Source of the DNA: an uncultured bacterium
Lineage (GTDB): Bacteria > Chloroflexota > UBA5177 > JANWHV01
Assembly (NCBI GenBank): GCA_963729625.1
Contig: CAVSOU010000010.1
Coordinates: 1,216,001 to 1,280,000, forward strand
Reading direction: 5' to 3'
DNA length: 64,000 nucleotides
The notes under the pieces were generated by a model. The model was not told the DNA's origin. It searched no databases and saw nothing but the letters and a program-made list of their open reading frames with translations. Positions 62,553 through 64,000 of this stretch are shown here, piece after piece. Each line of letters begins with the position of its first letter. The first letter of the stretch is position 1. A program made the position numbers and the translations under genes.

Positions 62553-63143
62553 ATGGACGAGTACATCTCGCACACGCATGAGCAGGTAGGACCCCGGCGG
62601 GACACGAGCCGGCGAGGTGGACGGCGTCTGGCAACGCGCGTGCTGGCGAGTGCAGCGCTCCTGGGTGCGATCATTGCCGGCCTGGGAAGCCTGGGTGGCG
62701 GGGCCGGGCGGGCGCCGAGCGTCGCGTACGCCAACGCGCTCGTGCCCACCGTCGGAGGACTCTTGATCCAGCCCGTCCCGGTCGGCGTCGATGCCTTGGG
62801 AACCAACTTTCCACCGGGCGGCTTGGTGCACGTGGACTTGGTTGTTTCCCAATTGCCATCCCCCATCGGGACGCCCGCACCGGGCAACACGCCCATAACG
62901 GTTGGCACCGGGCCGCAGATTATCGCGTCGGTAGACACCACGGCCAGCTTCGCGCGCAACATTCCGATCGGCAACGGCCGCTTCTTCCACGTAAACGGTG
63001 GCACCTTCGACGTTACCCTGACCTCGCCGTCACCCTTTTGCGGAACGAACTCACAAATATCCTACAGCCTGGTTGCAACCTACGTAGCAACTGGCGCTGT
63101 CTACACCAGTCCCTCGATAGAGATGGGACCTGCCTGCAACTAA
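62553..63143 (+). CDS. Hypothetical exported protein
   Basis: Arg-rich N-terminus, hydrophobic segment, AYA cleavage-like site, beta-rich domain with 2 Cys; GAGGG RBS. Confidence 0.7.
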   Translation: MDEYISHTHEQVGPRRDTSRRGGRRLATRVLASAALLGAIIAGLGSLGGGAGRAPSVAYANALVPTVGGLLIQPVPVGVDALGTNFPPGGLVHVDLVVSQLPSPIGTPAPGNTPITVGTGPQIIASVDTTASFARNIPIGNGRFFHVNGGTFDVTLTSPSPFCGTNSQISYSLVATYVATGAVYTSPSIEMGPACN

Positions 63144-63218
63144 CCGTGCCAGAAGAGCGCGGCGGTAGGCACATACCGGTGGCCTCAGGGCGCAATGCTA
63201 AGAACAGGGAGCAATGAC

Positions 63219-64000
63219 ATGGTCGACGATCGCATCACACACCTCGAGCGTAGTGTGGCACAGTTGGAAGGAGCGTTGAGCAGTGCGCACCGCCGCATAG
63301 CTGCGCTCGAGGACGGGCCGGGCCGCACCCGGCGTGCTGCATGGAGCGCACGGGCTTCGTGGCTCATTGGCGGCTTCGCCCTGGCCGCTGTTGCGACGCT
63401 CGGACTGAGCACGGCCTCCGCGACGACCACGCCGCAACCACTCACCGTCAGCCAGCTCCGCGTGGTCGATGGGACCGGCGCGGTGCATGTGCTACTCGAT
63501 GCGCGCGGGCTTCAGGTATATGATCCCCGTGGGCAAAAGGTCGAGGCTGCCATGGTGGCGGAGCCGCGACTCGGCGGGCAAGTCGCTACATATGATTTGA
63601 AAGGGAACAAGTCCTCAACGCTGGGAACGGATCAGAACGGCCTGCCCGCGGTCCAGGTCTGGTCGCCGAAGCAGCTGCAGCCTCAGGCCGGCTTGCTCGT
63701 GAGCGCTGCTGGGTCAGGACGCGTGCAGGCGAGCGGCGAGCTGGAGATTGACGGTCCCCAGGACTCTCTGGCCCGGCTCGGTGCGGATGGCAACAACCTG
63801 TCGCTGCGCTTCTATCAACCGGATGAAGACTCGTATGACGTGCTGGCCAGCATCGGCGAAAGTCCGACAGCCAGCCCCACAAGCGGCGGCCTGGTCACGG
63901 TCAGTCGTGTGAAAGGTATCCCGCAAGTGTTGCTCACAGGGGGCGACCCAGGCGGGACGGTGCAGACATTCGATGCCAGCGGAAACAAGGCGGTGGTCCT
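63219..64000 (+). CDS. Hypothetical membrane-anchored or exported protein (partial, runs off the window)
   Basis: Manually translated open frame MVDDRITHLERSVAQLEGAL... with coiled coil, TM segment (WLIGGFALAAVATLGL) and beta-strand repeats; GGGAG RBS; absent from the ORF track because it has no stop in the window. Confidence 0.7.
   Translation, partial: MVDDRITHLERSVAQLEGALSSAHRRIAALEDGPGRTRRAAWSARASWLIGGFALAAVATLGLSTASATTTPQPLTVSQLRVVDGTGAVHVLLDARGLQVYDPRGQKVEAAMVAEPRLGGQVATYDLKGNKSSTLGTDQNGLPAVQVWSPKQLQPQAGLLVSAAGSGRVQASGELEIDGPQDSLARLGADGNNLSLRFYQPDEDSYDVLASIGESPTASPTSGGLVTVSRVKGIPQVLLTGGDPGGTVQTFDASGNKAVV

Noticed and set aside
1-64000. CRISPR arrays, tRNA or rRNA genes
   Set aside because: No regularly spaced repeat-spacer pattern or recognisable structural RNA signature was found by eye; a covariance-model scan was not possible.

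Overview
GC-rich bacterial chromosomal window, probably Chloroflexota-like or another Terrabacteria lineage (inferred from F420-type enzymes, a Chloroflexi-style NarL regulator and XRE-NB-ARC-TPR regulators). The left two thirds holds carbohydrate uptake and catabolism loci: a CUT1 ABC operon with two LLM oxidoreductases, a Gfo/Idh/MocA enzyme and a TIM-barrel isomerase; GH32 and GH36; ROK plus GH4 next to a GntR/UTRA regulator and a DegT aminotransferase; and a heavily frameshifted LacI/ABC/epimerase/RbsD/putative-GH locus bracketed by two paralogous dinB genes. Also present are a 5'-truncated subtilase with a sedolisin-like ExxxD motif, aqpZ, a thioredoxin/Rdx pair, a stand-alone Smr protein, fdhA, a papain-fold protein, many gene remnants, three tandem-YbjQ-domain genes, ferritin, a single-ORF IS66 element abutting a truncated IS1182-like gene, and two tandem XRE-STAND-TPR genes followed by two predicted exported proteins. 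No rRNA, tRNA or CRISPR array was recognised. The best candidates for something undescribed are the triple tandem-YbjQ locus, the dinB-bounded sugar island, the ExxxD subtilase and the small-ORF/papain-like pair. All family calls come from motif recognition by eye, not database searches, and many frameshifts may be sequencing errors.
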